Source: Octopus sinensis (taxonomy: Eukaryota). Taken from it: 64,000 nucleotides of DNA. Numbering within the stretch: the first letter of the stretch is position 1; each line of letters opens with the position of its first letter. The translations under genes and the position numbers were made by a program. The notes beneath the pieces were generated by a model that was not told the DNA's origin, searched no databases, and saw only the letters and a list, made by a program, of their open reading frames with translations. Shown here one piece after another: positions 40,459 through 54,808 of the stretch. Location: positions 109,244,001-109,308,000 of the forward strand of contig NC_043001.1 in the NCBI RefSeq assembly GCF_006345805.1, read 5' to 3'.

Positions 40459-41415
40459 GTGCCAGGCTAAACGAAAAAATAATTCTTCAAGCCGGTGCTC
40501 CAATATGGCCGCAGTGCAATCAGTGAAACAAGTAAAGAATTAAAAAACAAAGAAGATATAGAAATATTTGTTACACAGAAACCTCATGGATATTATGAGT
40601 AAATGCAGAAAGTCGATTGAGAAGCAACGAAGTTCAAGCATTCGCCATTTAAACGTAAAATATATATTGTGAAGATGAACAATATCCCAACAGGAATCGA
40701 AACCGTATTTTGATTATGAAATGTATTCAACGTGGTGATAAGGTACCAGTTCACAATAAATTGTACTTTAGATTTACAAAATATTTAAAAAAATAGGTGA
40801 ATGCTTCACACGATTCACTTTTGTCTTGCCTTAAATATACGTGTTTGATTAATTGCTATCTTACGTACGACGCTGGGCAAATACGAGCGGCTCCAATGAA
40901 CCTATATCTGCAGCCCTATTTATGTCTGCACGATAAAATTGATTTTATGCATGTAAGTGGTGGGAAATTGGAGACGGAAGACACCTATTTAAAGATAGTG
41001 GAAGTAGGTACAAAGTATTTATACATCGCAAACAAACGAAAAAAATTGAAATGGAATTTATAATTGATTTGTATATACACATATACATACACAAATACAC
41101 GTATGATATATGTACATACATAGACACACACACACATACACACAATTATATATACATACGCACATGTTTACTTATACATACATAAATACATACATACATA
41201 TAATTTTAAAATAGGATAAAATCTTTATAAGAATTTATCAAGTAGCCAGTGTAAAAAACCTCATAAGAGAAAAATTATTAATTATACCCTTTAAATATAT
41301 TTATTTATATTAAGGGCAGAAAAACACACACACATACACACACACACACACACACGCACATGTCTATATATAACAAATGAAAGACAGATGGAATATACGA
41401 GAATATATTATTAAT

Positions 41416-41458
41416 CACAACAATTGTTTCGACAAATCTAGCACCGTCTCCTCTTGTG
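41416..41458 (-). other. Eroded hammerhead remnant (related copy at 50106-50150)
   Basis: Minus strand CAC-AAGA-GGAGAC..GTC-GAAA-CAATTGT-T-GTG: palindromic stem III ACAATTGT and CAC/GTG stem I, but CTG of the core is missing. The 50106 copy reads CAC-CCGTGA..GTC-GAAGCAATTGTTGTG. Confidence 0.45.
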
Positions 41459-41502
41459 GGACACACAAAAACTGACTTACGAGTATATATATATATATAT
41501 AT

Positions 41503-41642
41503 ACGACGGGCTTTTTTCAGTTTCCGTCTACCAAATCTACTCACAAGGCTTCGGTCAGCCCAAGGATATAATAGAAGACATTCGACCAAAGTGAACTCGG
41601 AACCACGTGGTTGGTAAACAAGCTACTTACCACACCTGCGCC
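41503..41642 (-). mobile_element. Family A SINE
   Basis: ACGACGGGCTTTTTTCAGTTTCCGTCTACCAAATC..ACCACACCTGCGCC. Confidence 0.85.
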
Positions 41643-41836
41643 AATATATTGATACACACACATATATGTGTGTGTGTGTAGATATATAGAAATGGATCGA
41701 AGTATGTTCATAATTTAAAGCAAAATATGCACGCGGACACTTCTTCATATATAGATACAAACTCATACAGAACCTAAAAAAACACACTTAACACGTAGCT
41801 GTCAGTATTACTAAGAGCAGTATAATAGCTTGCTAC

Positions 41837-42060
41837 GGCGGTGAGCTTGCAAAATCGTTAACACGCCGGGAAAATTGCTTAGCAGCATTTCGTCCGTCTT
41901 TACTTTCCGAGTTCAAATTGCGCTAAGATCGACTGTGCGTTTCATCCTTTCAGGACCGATGAAATAGATATCGGTTGAGCACTGAGACCGACGTAATTGT
42001 TGGCTTTGTGTCAGCAATTACATCGAAACTCTTGGCATTGTGCCAAATTTTGAAATCAAT
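41837..42060 (+). mobile_element. Degenerate family B SINE
   Basis: GGCGGTGAGCTTGCAAAATCGTTAACACGCCGGG..GAGTTCAAATTGCG. Confidence 0.7.
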
Positions 42061-42281
42061 ATTATATGTGGACACAAAACATGCATAACTATTTCTGCTT
42101 TGGAAATTCGCCTCTAATTTATCAGGTTTAATTCTTAATTATTTAACGAATGTTTTCAATGTAATACATTAGTTAATATTTTTTGTTAATGTCTTTTAAA
42201 ATATATGCAGTTAATATTTTTTTGGAATACTTATTTGATTATTGGGAAATAAATGTTTAATTTTAATTCTGTATCAATATA

Positions 42282-43856
42282 CAATAGTGGCCAAACTTAG
42301 AGAGCGAAAATAAAATTTAAGTATATTTACATTTCTTCTTCATTTTTCCAAATGAGATTTTTACTGTACATACTTTAAAGAGTGTTCATTATATACAATA
42401 AATTTTGTAGGAAGTGATTAATAACTAAATGATTTATTTGAAAATGTTTATTTGGAAAATACAAAATGGAAAAAGCTATAGAACGTATGGTGTAAAATGC
42501 TAAAAGTAAAATCAGGCAACACTCCGACCGATGCAAACTAAGTTGACCAAAGAATGCGGAGATTCATATTGCACAGTAAAGCCAACGGAAAACCAAGGTG
42601 AGTTGATGACAGCCTCACGAAGTAAGTGATCATATAGAAAAAAAGTGTGGCAATTTTTGCTATCGCCAAAGACTTTAACAGATCAAAAAGTGTTGTTTCA
42701 AAAGTATTCAAGTTTGATTAAGAAAGGAGCTCGTTTATGTCATTAGCAAAACGAGGGAGACCACGGAAGACTAGTGTTTAGCAAGACCGTGTGATTCAGA
42801 GACTGTCGTTAAGATCGTTTCAGTACTGCAGGAATTTCTTGTCAAGTAAATCGTGATTATGGTGTGAATGTGTGTCTTTCGACTGGCTTGTCGTTTGAAG
42901 AAGTTGGGCTTCATGCCTATTCCCGTGCCCCTACACATCTCATCAGTGTGAAGGACTGAAAAGTGAGATTAGACTTTTCCAGTGAGCGCATACTTTGGAC
43001 GGACGACAACTGCTCGCATGTCTTCTTCAGTGAATAAAGCAATTTCAATTTGGTTTGCTCCGATGGTAGACAATACGCGAGATGTCGTAAAAGTGAAGGA
43101 CTGTTCCCTAAATCAGTGACGTATGAAGGTAGGGGTTTAGCGGTGTGGGGAATGATTTCTGCAGCAGTTATTGGACCGTTTGTTCCAGATCCACGGTAAT
43201 GAGAATGCAACCATATACAAATACATCGTTGTGTAGCATGTTTTACCAGCTATGAGATCATCTTCAACTCGTCAGCGAATCTTTATACAGGATAATACAC
43301 CATACCATAGTGCTACAATAGTTAAGGAGGTGTTTGATACTGAAAATATTACTGTGATGCGTTGGCCAGCTGAAAACCTTGACCCTAATCCTATTCAGAA
43401 CTTATGGCAGATACTTTGTGATAAAATCAGCGAGCACCGACCTGTGTATGTTATAATTTTGTGGGGAAAACGTCAGGAAGAATGGAATAAGATTATGTCA
43501 GAACAATGTGAGAAACTGGTCAAATACTGTGGACGGAGATGCCCTGATGTCATTAAAAATTAAGGAATGTACACATCTTATTAATACATTGATGTGAATT
43601 TGAAAATTTCTGGCAAAATTTTGATTTCTTTAATTTTATGTCATACGTTCTCTAATTTTGTCCATCTTGTATTTTTGAAATAAGCGTTTTTTGCTATTAT
43701 GAATTATTTAGTCATTAATCACATCCTATAACATTTATTGTAAATTATGAACATACTTTAAAGTATATACAATTAAAGTCCTACTCGGAAAAATGAAGTA
43801 GAAATATAAATATATTTATTTTTTATTTACGATCTCTGATTTTGGCCACTACTCTG
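42282..43856 (+). mobile_element. Tc1-like DNA transposon, full length, with inactivated transposase
   Basis: TA-flanked long imperfect TIRs (CAATAGTGGCCAAA.. / ..TTTGGCCACTACTCTG, similarity over ~150 bp). Translation includes IAKDFNRSKSVVS, KRGRPRKT, VFFSE*SNFNL..SDGR, VWGMIS and FIQDNTPYH..WPAENLDPNPIQNLW (DD34E-type, catalytic E replaced by Q). Multiple stops. Confidence 0.92.
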
Positions 43857-44766
43857 TATTCATTTATCATTAGGACTCATAACCGATTTAAACTTCATTG
43901 ACTGACATTAGTGGTCGAAATTGTATATATGTATATCTTCAGTAGTTTAGATGTATTTTAGTTATACAGGACAACGACTTTGCGTATGTCAACACTATGA
44001 AACGAATCCAGAGTGGTACCGACTGAAATAATGAAATCTAACAATGAGAGAAACTGTTCTTTTGTTGTTTGCCCTTTTAGCTTTTCAAAATATAAGGATA
44101 ACATTGCATTTATATGACTGTATATCCTAGTGAAATCCGGTAGATGGTAACTAGGGGTCTCGAGATAATGGCTAAAATTCGACAATAACAAATCAAGTAA
44201 GCATGTTATCATTGCACGTTACACAAGATAAAGACTGGTCCTGCAAATTGGTTACAGAAGAAACCTACATTAATTAGTCCTAAGCATAACATCATTTCTG
44301 GTCTTGTTTTCTCTTTGTACAAGTGATTAATCTTCATTTTGACCTGGAGACAGAATTCTCCTCATGGGCCTTGAGGGTGATGTAGGAGTGGCCTTAACCG
44401 GATATTCTGATCCAGCACCTACTTTATCCTCATGCTATATATGCATATCCACACACACACACATACACACAGATGCATATAAATACATATTTGTATATAT
44501 ACGTATCTATTTTGCAAAATTTATGTTATTGAAAGCGTGTAGGCACGAAACATTCAACGATTTATATACTTAGGTTTTGATTAAATGTACTATTTTCTAC
44601 TAAATAAAGGTATTTAAGAATGTTAGAAAATGTGTAATATGATTCCATAAATATTTATTTTGATAAGAATGGTTTACATTCTGGATTAAGCTGGAAGAAT
44701 TGCGTGTCTTGAAGTCATACAAGTTGATAGATATGAACGCAACAGCGTAGAAATATACACGATATA

Positions 44767-45314
44767 CAGGTTTATTCAAAATGGAAGAGTAGATTTCGAA
44801 TTTAATTTTAAAACAAACTGTAAGAGACACAAACTCATTCTCCATATTTCTTCATAGGGGAAGGTTTAAAGTTTATAGCTGAACATGATCAATTGAATGA
44901 AATAATATTTTAATTTTATTTTAATGATTTATTTTGTTCATTTTATTTAAAGTTGTTTTAATTTTCATTTGTGTAATCCCTTAGAAAATGACGACGCCAC
45001 AAGAAAGGTCTTTTTTGTGTGATGCAGTTTGAGAAATGGGATTGTGCAAGTACAATGTGAGTTTTTCCGACAATTTAATAAAAATCTACCTCGTCACAAG
45101 CAAATTTACAAATGGCATAAAAATTTCACAAAAAAAAATGTTTCGATGTTTCGATATTTGTCGAGCAACACGTGGTGCTCATGTTGAATGCATACTACCT
45201 TAAAATAAACTTTAAACCTTCCCCTTGCAAGAAATATGTTGAACGTGCTTGTGCCTCTTACCGTTTGTTTTAAAAATAAATTTAAAATCTACTCTTTCGT
45301 TTTGAATAACCCTG
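44767..45314 (+). mobile_element. Internally deleted Tc1/mariner-superfamily element (MITE-like)
   Basis: ~115-bp TIRs (CAGGTTTATTCAAAA..TTTAAAGTTTAT / ATAAACTTTAAA..TTTTGAATAACCCTG). From 44988 a frameshifted N-terminus MTTPQERSF/CVMQFEK/RQFNKNLPRHKQIYKWHKNF resembles DUF4817-type transposase HTH regions. Confidence 0.8.
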
Positions 45315-45929
45315 AATTTATAATGAACATATTTTAAACCAACCCAAGAGAAAGAATATAATATAACTCATTATCTCTTTCCATCATCGAAACTTTATAT
45401 ATGTTATTTAGTTGCTACAGTGATTAAACAACGACCATGCTAGGGCATCACCTTGAAAACTTTAGTCTATGAGTATCGCATCGAGCACTTACTCACTGCC
45501 AATCTGGTGCATATTTTACATCTCCTTTTGCCGAACAAGATCGTAAATAAAGTAGCACCGGTTTTCAAACATTGTAGAGACCACCACAAACACACACACA
45601 CACACAATTACCTCGTCCCCATCACATGTTTTGCTGACGTCAAATTGGCCAGTCCGGGGTCAGAGTTGAAAATATTTGGCCGAGATGCCACCAGTGACTG
45701 ATATTTCTCGGAGTCGTTATACTTTTATCTCCCACTGATAATCGCCAAACTTTGATGCGTGACATCAATACATGTCATTGATTGAACACTTAGGTTTCTG
45801 TCCACATTGTTTATCACTCCTTCACTATTTGAAATTCAAGCGAGTACTGATTATGCATGCATACACGCATGTACATATGTACACTGCCATCTATGCATAC
45901 ATCTCTCTCTCTCTCTCTCTCTCTCTATA

Positions 45930-45983
<54 letters not shown>

Positions 45984-46010
45984 CCATGTATATATATACA
46001 TATATATATC

Positions 46011-46056
<46 letters not shown>

Positions 46057-46083
46057 ATATATATGTATATATATACATATGTA

Positions 46084-46145
<62 letters not shown>

Positions 46146-46320
46146 ATTATATATATAGATACATATGATATATATACATATATAATCATAAATAATATAT
46201 ATCTATATATATATAATATATATATAATATATACATATAATATATACATATATATACGTATATATATTACATACATATTCAGACATATACATATATACAT
46301 ACATATATACACACAGACAC

Positions 46321-46368
<48 letters not shown>

Positions 46369-46375
46369 ACATACC

Positions 46376-46416
<41 letters not shown>

Positions 46417-47021
46417 GCATGTGGGTGTATATGAAAGTGTATTATTTATCATTCAACTTTATCAAAGTGACCTCCCATCAATCAGGCTAAGAAATTATCT
46501 TATCTCACCACTTACAACACACACACACACATATATATTGATACATGCATACACACATATTTATATATGTGTATATATTATATCTATCTATTTATATACA
46601 TATATATATATAGTGCCTATATATACATATATATATATATGTGGATATTTATGTGTGTGCATTGATGTTATATGTGTGTGTGTGTGTGCATATAACTTTG
46701 TATGTGTGTGTAAGTATTTATATGTATGTATTTGCGTGCGTGTGTGCATGTTAAATAACTTCTATATCCATCGATATATGTATATGCCTATGTGCATAGT
46801 CATAAAAGCACCCATACAACACGCACGCACATTTAAGTTTTCTGCTACGAACCCGGAAGACACAACTCAGGACATATTTATGCATATTTCTCTGCAATTG
46901 GCAGAAAAGTTGTGAAAATCAAATGATAACCGAAAGTTTCGGTCACTGTCCAAGCGCATGAATCTCTCCGGCGATGAATCTCAGTTTATCTCTCTCTCTC
47001 TCTCTCTCTATCTATCTAATC

Positions 47022-47053
<32 letters not shown>

Positions 47054-47273
47054 ATATATATTTGTTATAAATCTATGTATGTATGTATGTATTAGATATA
47101 TATATATTATATATATATGTGTGTATATTGCACACACATATATTTGAATTTTCTCTGACCCCTCATATTTTTGAATGCTGGACTACTGGTTTTAAATTGA
47201 TATTAAAATTAATATTAATTTATCTCCCTCAATTTTAAATATATAATTATATATATATATATATATATATTTG

Positions 47274-47304
<31 letters not shown>

Positions 47305-47325
47305 ATATATATATATATATATTTG

Positions 47326-47366
<41 letters not shown>

Positions 47367-47397
47367 TCTTTTATATTATATATGTTATATATATATA

Positions 47398-47428
<31 letters not shown>

Positions 47429-48074
47429 CATACATGCATATATTGATACTGAACGTCACCATCGGTGCAAATAACATGAACTACGTAAACAAAGGAAGGG
47501 AAAACGAGTGAAATGCGTAAACAACGAGAAAAAATGGAAGGGGGACAAGTTTACACAGAGAAAAATACCCTTCATCAGTTGTCGACTGTCTATCTACTTC
47601 TTATTTCGAGAATTTAATGACAATATGATCTTCAAAGACAATTGCTCTCATAAATTCTAAAATATAATTTAGGATTTATGGAGGGTCAAATTTGAGAACA
47701 AAAAAGGAAACTGAACGAAAACAAAATATTATGTTAAGACTTGGAAGAGGTTTGAGCGCCAGTATAATCAACAACCAAAAGATATATTAATAAGGTGCAA
47801 CTTTGTTTGTATCAATAATTCTAATAACATTTAGTGTTTATATAAATGTGAGAAATGTCAAATAACCATTAACGAAATAAAACGATTTATTGATTAAATG
47901 CAGTAAAAAGAGAAAAAAAAAGATACTAGGAGAAAAAGGAGAAAAGTTTTGCAATAAATACTTAGGTTGCACGTAATAGTTTAAAACAATAGAAATAGAT
48001 GAGAAAAAAACGTAGTGGCATTTTTCATGTATATAAACCTTGAAGAAGCGGAGAAATACATGAGCCTAATATTT

Positions 48075-48425
48075 TTTTCCATTCTAGGCACAAAGCCCGA
48101 AATTTTAGGTTGGGTCCCAGTCTATTAGATCGACCCCGGGAGGAAGAAAGGCAAAGTCCAGTTTTGTACTAGGGTCGATCTCATCGACTGGTCCCCTCTC
48201 CAAAACTTTCGGGTCTTCTCCCTAGATTAGAAAAGAATATTAAAGTGGCGAGCAAGCAGAATCGTTAGCACGCCCAGCAAAATACTTAGCAGTATTGTGT
48301 CTATTTTTACGTCCCGAGTTCAAATTCTGCATAGGTCGACTATATCTTTCATTGTTTTGGAGTCGACAGAATAAGTACCATTTGAGCACTGATGCTGGCC
48401 TTGTGCCAATATTTGAAACCAATAT
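48075..48425 (+). mobile_element. Inverted family B tail pair followed by a family B SINE
   Basis: 48080-48140 and 48165-48240 are imperfect reverse complements; the head GTGGCGAGCAAGCAGAATCGTTAGCACGCC follows. Confidence 0.7.
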
Positions 48426-49329
48426 AAGATTCGTGACTTCATTGTGAGCAAATTCAAAGTTTAATAATATATATATATATATTTGTATAACGAAGTTCAA
48501 ATGAACCTAAATCTAGACTCATATGATCAGTAGGTAAAATTAAGTGTGTTATCAGCCCCTTTCGCTTTAGACTAAAAACTGGTTTCTAATATATGTACAG
48601 GAGTTGCTTTCGCTTATATCAAGTCCCGCATTTAATTGGACACAGTGCAAATGAATCACAAGGCGTAGCTTTGTGGAGTTTGAAACCAGAACACAAAGGA
48701 ATGTAATTAAATATTGCGATGTATTTATGTTATTTTATTTAGAGACTGTCACTCCGCTGCAATCACACTTAATATTTAGACACTAAAATTGCTAAATAAT
48801 CGATATAATCAATACGATATTATTGATGATACTTCAAAAGCGACCTGCATGAAAATATGAAACACTAAATGAGGAATGAAACGCTAAATGACTGTATATA
48901 TATAAACTTCACTGATATATTTACGCTAACTTTGCCTTATACATAATAACGATCATTTACTTTTAGTTAAAATAAGCACATTTGTGGACATGCCGTCCAT
49001 GAGATTAATAATACCACGCATATAATTGAGTTAATATAAATGATTCCGAGAACAGACTTTACGTTATATGAATATTATTGTAATGTCTGTAAAGTCTATC
49101 TACCATAAATGTTATTATTTATTGATTTGCTATCTAGAAGGTAGTTTCATTTGCAAGAAGTGATGGCTGCATTTGGGATTTTCCATGCAATTATTAAGTT
49201 CATCTGTAATTACAAACAACTCATGAATTCTGTTTTTTCTTATATATTTTGAATTTCTCGTAACAAACAGAAGTTCTCTTATTAAGACAATATGGAATGT
49301 ATACAATATTCGAAAATGTGTCAGCTGCC

Positions 49330-49362
<33 letters not shown>

Positions 49363-49965
49363 ATATAAGAAATATAAGTAAAAAGTATTGAGAAATAAAA
49401 AGCTTGTACGTGGACACAAATAGAAAGCAAGTCCTATCTATATTTTCGCGGGGACAAATATTTAGCCACATATGGACATCAACCGAAAAGTTCAGTTCTT
49501 GAATTCAGGAATGTAGCGCGGTCTAAGCTGCTTTTCCAGACTTGTGCCTCGGAGGGTAACTCTCTAGGTGCAATCCAATGATGCAATCCCTGTATGATAT
49601 ATGATATATATATATATATAATATAATATATATATATATATTATATATTATCTATTATATATGTATGTATATCAAAAATTCTATAATCATAAGCATAATT
49701 TACCTGCGTCAGTTGGGAGTATTACTGTCTGGGGGATATCTTAAGGTAGTAGAATATTATTTAACCGCTATTTCTAAATTTCGGTACGTGGTGAAGCAAT
49801 TTTTGATAAACCCTAATTATAATTATGCTTATAATTATAGAATTTTTGAGTAAGGTTACCGATAATGGTTCTTTTATGATACCGAAGTACTTGGTAAAAT
49901 TATTAGTTATTAATTGATTAATTAATTTTATCCTTTATTATTATTATTGATAATATAATATTATG

Positions 49966-49998
<33 letters not shown>

Positions 49999-50474
49999 GT
50001 ATATATGTATATATGTATATATATATATGTATATATATATTTATATATAAACACACATGACAAATGACAGACGGAGGATGGAACATACGAGAAATTAATA
50101 TTAATCACAACAATTGCTTCGACACATCCAGCATTGATCCCTCACGGGTGGGATACTCAACCACTGGTTCAGGAGTATTCGGCGGTGCAATTGTAACTCA
50201 TCGGAGGATAAATAAATACCACCCGGTAAAATAACAATTTTGCAATATAATTTCTCGTTTTGTAGAAAGAAATGCAGTCATACGGAGGAAATATCTTCAT
50301 TTACATAGAAGATCAAAATTGAAATCACGGATGGAGAAAAGAGAAACGAACATGTCATCCAGCGAGAAAATTATTAAGAATAACCGCTAAGAAATATGGA
50401 TGTATAAATGCCTTCGGGCAAGCTTCAGGGCGCGAATACACTTGCTCATACAAGCATCCGCAGGTGTATATAGC

Positions 50475-50508
<34 letters not shown>

Positions 50509-50957
50509 TTTATACATTTACACTTTCATAGGTGTGTGCGTCGAAAACTACTTATTTCTTGCATTTCGTGGGCAGCAGAGTTTTAATTTTATACGTTTGA
50601 CAAATCGATATATGGTCCTTCGTCAGAAGACTAATAAACCCATATGAATGTATATTATATAGTCTGAAGATCTCATGATAAACTTTAAATAGCTCGGCAA
50701 TTTTATCGTAAAAATTTTAAATCAATTATCTTTAAATATTAATCTGTTTCATAATCCATTTGAGAGTTAATCGTCTCTCAATTGTAGAAGTATAACTGCC
50801 AGCCGAAATTTAAGATTATATCAAAAGGCAAATGGGATCACAGACAAGTTTATAATAAATAAATATCGTTTTAATTTGGCGAAATTATATTTATGTAAGA
50901 TTCAATTAACTGGTTTCATAGATTTCAACATAATAGAATAAGACAAGCTTAAGTATA

Positions 50958-51097
50958 GGCGCAGGGGTGGCTGTGGGGAAAGAAGCTTGGTTCAGTCACA
51001 CAGCGAGGCAACTAGAGAAAATCCTCTACTATAGCTTCATGCTGACCAAAGCAGTATTAGTGGACTGGATCGTGGAAAACTGAAAGAATCCCGTCGT
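50958..51097 (+). mobile_element. Degenerate family A SINE
   Basis: GGCGCAGGGGTGGCTGTGG..AAACTGAAAGAATCCCGTCGT. Confidence 0.75.
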
Positions 51098-51153
51098 ATA
51101 TATATATATCTGTTTTCGTTCAAAGTTTTTTGATATCCTGTACCCATATATGC

Positions 51154-51213
<60 letters not shown>

Positions 51214-51237
51214 TATATTATATTATATTATATTATA

Positions 51238-51278
<41 letters not shown>

Positions 51279-51280
<2 letters not shown>

Positions 51281-51586
51281 GAGACCCCCTAGAAAGGTTA
51301 CCCTCCGAGGCACAAGTCCGAGCTTGATTGTTTATGGAAGACCAGCAGTCGCCCATGCATACCAGCCACCCCTCTCCACGCCCCCGATGTTATCCAAGAC
51401 ACAGGGAAATGCCGATACAGTTTAGCACCAGTGACGTCGCAACTCATTTCTACAGCTGAGTAAACTGGAGCAACGTGAAATAAAGTGTCTTGCTCAAGAA
51501 AACAATATGCAGCCGGTCTGGGATTCGAACTCACAACCTCACGGACGTAAGTTCGACACTCTAACCGCTGAACCATGCACCTTCAC
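51279..51586 (-). mobile_element. tRNA-derived SINE with CORE-like segment (family E); 3' fragment also at ~49500-49575
   Basis: Minus strand TGGTTCAGCGGTTAGAG..GAGTTCGAATCCC, then CTTGAGCAAGACACTTTATTTCACGTTGCTCCAGTTTACTCAGCTGTAGAAATGAG, tail CTTGTGCCTCGGAGGGTAAC. Confidence 0.85.
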
Positions 51587-51889
51587 TTCACATATATATG
51601 TGTCTATAATGTATAAAAGAAGAGAAGAAAATGGGGGTGAGGCAGTTAATAATTGTTTATTATTAAAAACAAATTGGCCATCGCTGTTTCTATTAATATT
51701 CAATAATTTAAGTACAAATTTGTACATTAAAGTTACATTTATGTGACAAGGGTATAATTTCATCAGGGAAGGAAAAAAGAGACGTACCCTTGGATGTTAT
51801 ATGGAGACTTATCAATTCATATAAACTACATTAGGTATTGAGCCAGTATTTCCTTGGATACAATCATCCATTTACGAGGTTAACACACC

Positions 51890-52065
51890 CTTTTATTAAA
51901 TTATTGGAGCACCGCCTTAAAGGGTTTTTCAGTCGAACAAGTCGACTCCAGGACTTTTTCTTTGCAAGCCTAGCACTTATTCTATCAGTCTGCTTTGCTG
52001 AACCACTAGTTAACGGGTCGTAAATGCACCAAGATCGGTTGTCAATCGATGGTGGGGGTACACAG
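51890..52065 (-). mobile_element. Family C SINE module
   Basis: GGAGCACCGCCTTAAAGG..GTCGACTCCAGGACT..ATCGGTTGTCAATCGATG. Confidence 0.75.
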
Positions 52066-52506
52066 ATATAAATACATATACATACAATTATATATATATC
52101 TTTTCCAGTTGGCTGCCGATACACAGTTTGTGTCTGTATGGCATTTGCAAGGGAGGACAGCACTCCCATCTCCTGCCTTACGTGATACTCACACACCTAG
52201 GTTCCTGGATGTTACCCTTTCTCAGTGTGATACAACCACAAGATATACACAAGATACAACCACAAGATATACACGTACATTAATATGATTGATTCTAGTT
52301 TCAGCTCATGAGCTGTGGCCATGCTGGGGCACCGCCATTTGTACAACCATAGTGTCTCTTCACATAGATGCACACACACGCTTGCGAGTGAGCTCTTGTA
52401 TTCAGGCTTAGACTTACATTTGCATATACATATACATATCCAAACACATACACGTGTATGTCTAAGCGTGGATACATGAGCGCACACGCAAGTGCGCGTG
52501 TGCATC

Positions 52507-52630
52507 TATGTAAGAAGGAGAGTATGGGCGTACATATACTAAAGTACACAGATATCTAAAGCTTATCACTAGATTGTGGTTTCTCATATTGAGGACGGAT
52601 AACATATACATACATACACCCCTACACACG

Positions 52631-52695
<65 letters not shown>

Positions 52696-52817
52696 TGTGT
52701 AGGGGGGTATGTATGTATATGTTATCCGTCCGCAATATGAGAAACAACAATCTAGTGATAAGCTATAGATATACGTGTACATTAGTATATGCACGCCCAT
52801 ACTCTCCTTCTTACATA
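52507..52817. repeat. Inverted duplication centred on (TA)n
   Basis: 52507-52632 and 52691-52817 are reverse complements with a few substitutions. Confidence 0.9.
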
Positions 52818-53094
52818 TAAGCATAAGCACACGCACGTATATAAATATATATGTGCATATACATACGCATACATTAATATATGTACACCCATGCAAAGAT
52901 ATTTTTATGGATATATGTATGGGTGTGTGTGGGTCTGGGGTATGGGTGTGTCTGTATATATATATATATATATATCTGTTAGAATTCATTATATTATATG
53001 TATACGTGTATCTAAGTATGGATGTGTATGAGTATATGTGTGGATATTATATATATATATGTATATAATATATATATATATATATGTGGATATA

Positions 53095-53160
<66 letters not shown>

Positions 53161-53397
53161 CATATATATATATCCACACATATACTCATACACATCCATA
53201 CTTAGATACACGCATACATATAATATAATGAATTCTAACAGATATATATATATATATACAGACACACCCATACCCCCGACCCACACACACCCATACATAT
53301 ATCCATAAAAATATCTTTGCATGGGTGTACATATATTAATGTATGCGTATGCATATGCACATATATTTATATACGTGCGTGTGCCTATGCTTATATG
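52814..53397. repeat. Second, adjacent inverted duplication centred on (TA)n
   Basis: 52814-53046 and 53171-53397 are reverse complements (for example GTTAGAATTCATTATATT / AATATAATGAATTCTAAC). Confidence 0.9.
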
Positions 53398-53546
53398 CGT
53401 ATGAATGAACATGAATGCGTGGGTGAAAATATAAAGGTATGTATATGGATATATATGTGTGAGTGTGTGTGTGTGCATATCTGTATATATATATATATAT
53501 ATATTTTATAATATATATATATATATATGTGCATATCTGTATATAT

Positions 53547-53609
<63 letters not shown>

Positions 53610-53610
53610 G

Positions 53611-53644
<34 letters not shown>

Positions 53645-53737
53645 TATGTATATATATGTATATATATCTGTAAGAATTTATAATATGTATACGGATGTGT
53701 ATGATTTTATGTGTGGATATATATATGTGAGTAAGCG

Positions 53738-53769
<32 letters not shown>

Positions 53770-54769
53770 CTACATGTATAGGACTGATCGAGTGAGAAAC
53801 AATACGTAAGGTTAGAGTAGAGTTAAGTAGAGAGATATGTGTGTGTGTGTGTGTGAGTACGAGTGTGTATTTACAAACGCGCTTCACTTTATGTATGTGC
53901 AAGTTAAAGTACTGGGTTTACTCATCCATGTGTATATATATAGGTATGTATATATACCCGAAAATGCAAGCGGATATATGTATATAAGTAGATCGACGTA
54001 TATGTTGATCGGTGTACATATACATGTGCCCACATTTATGTGTCTGTGTGTATACATATATATAGTTATGTATATATATATATATATATATATACGTGTA
54101 TGTACGGGAATATATGTGAATGTACGTATATGTGGGTACATGTATGTGTATATAAAGGCATATATACGTGGGTTTGTTTGTGAGAGTGTATGTGTGAGTA
54201 ACTGTGTGGGTATGTGTGTATGTCTTCGGCGACTGAATACTAATGGTCAACTTTAGAAATGAATATGTGCAGCCAACCATGAAGAGCAGATCAGAGATGC
54301 AGCCAAATGGAACAGCAATTAAATTCCTGCCAACACCATCCATTACTATATTTAGAAGCCTGAAAAACGCCCTCTCACGGCAGGCAAAATGTGTATATGA
54401 GCCGCTTATAAATTCAAACTATGACATACAGAGAAGATGGCCTTGAAGTATATTTTAGACTAAGGAGACAACATTCGTATATCGCCTGAGGAAACACAGC
54501 TAGATCTCATTATGCAAACAAACAGTTGCATAATCAAGTACCTGTTTTCTTTGAGAACTACGTGTCGTCGAAACAATTGCAGCGAAACAATAATAAACAA
54601 AGGTCCAAATTTACACGTTCTTCCTGAGTTCAATTTTTCAATTTTATATTCACACACGACGAATGCACGAACTTGGAAACATATTAGAAAACTACCGATA
54701 GTACTGGGTAATTCTGAAGGTGGACAAGCCTTACACTGCATTATCACGTTTCTTACGGAATAAAACATA

Positions 54770-54808
<39 letters not shown>

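Noticed and set aside
47560-47590. Minus-strand CTGATGAAGGG
   Set aside because: It lies in a repeat-like segment, but no downstream GAAA with a closing stem could be found.
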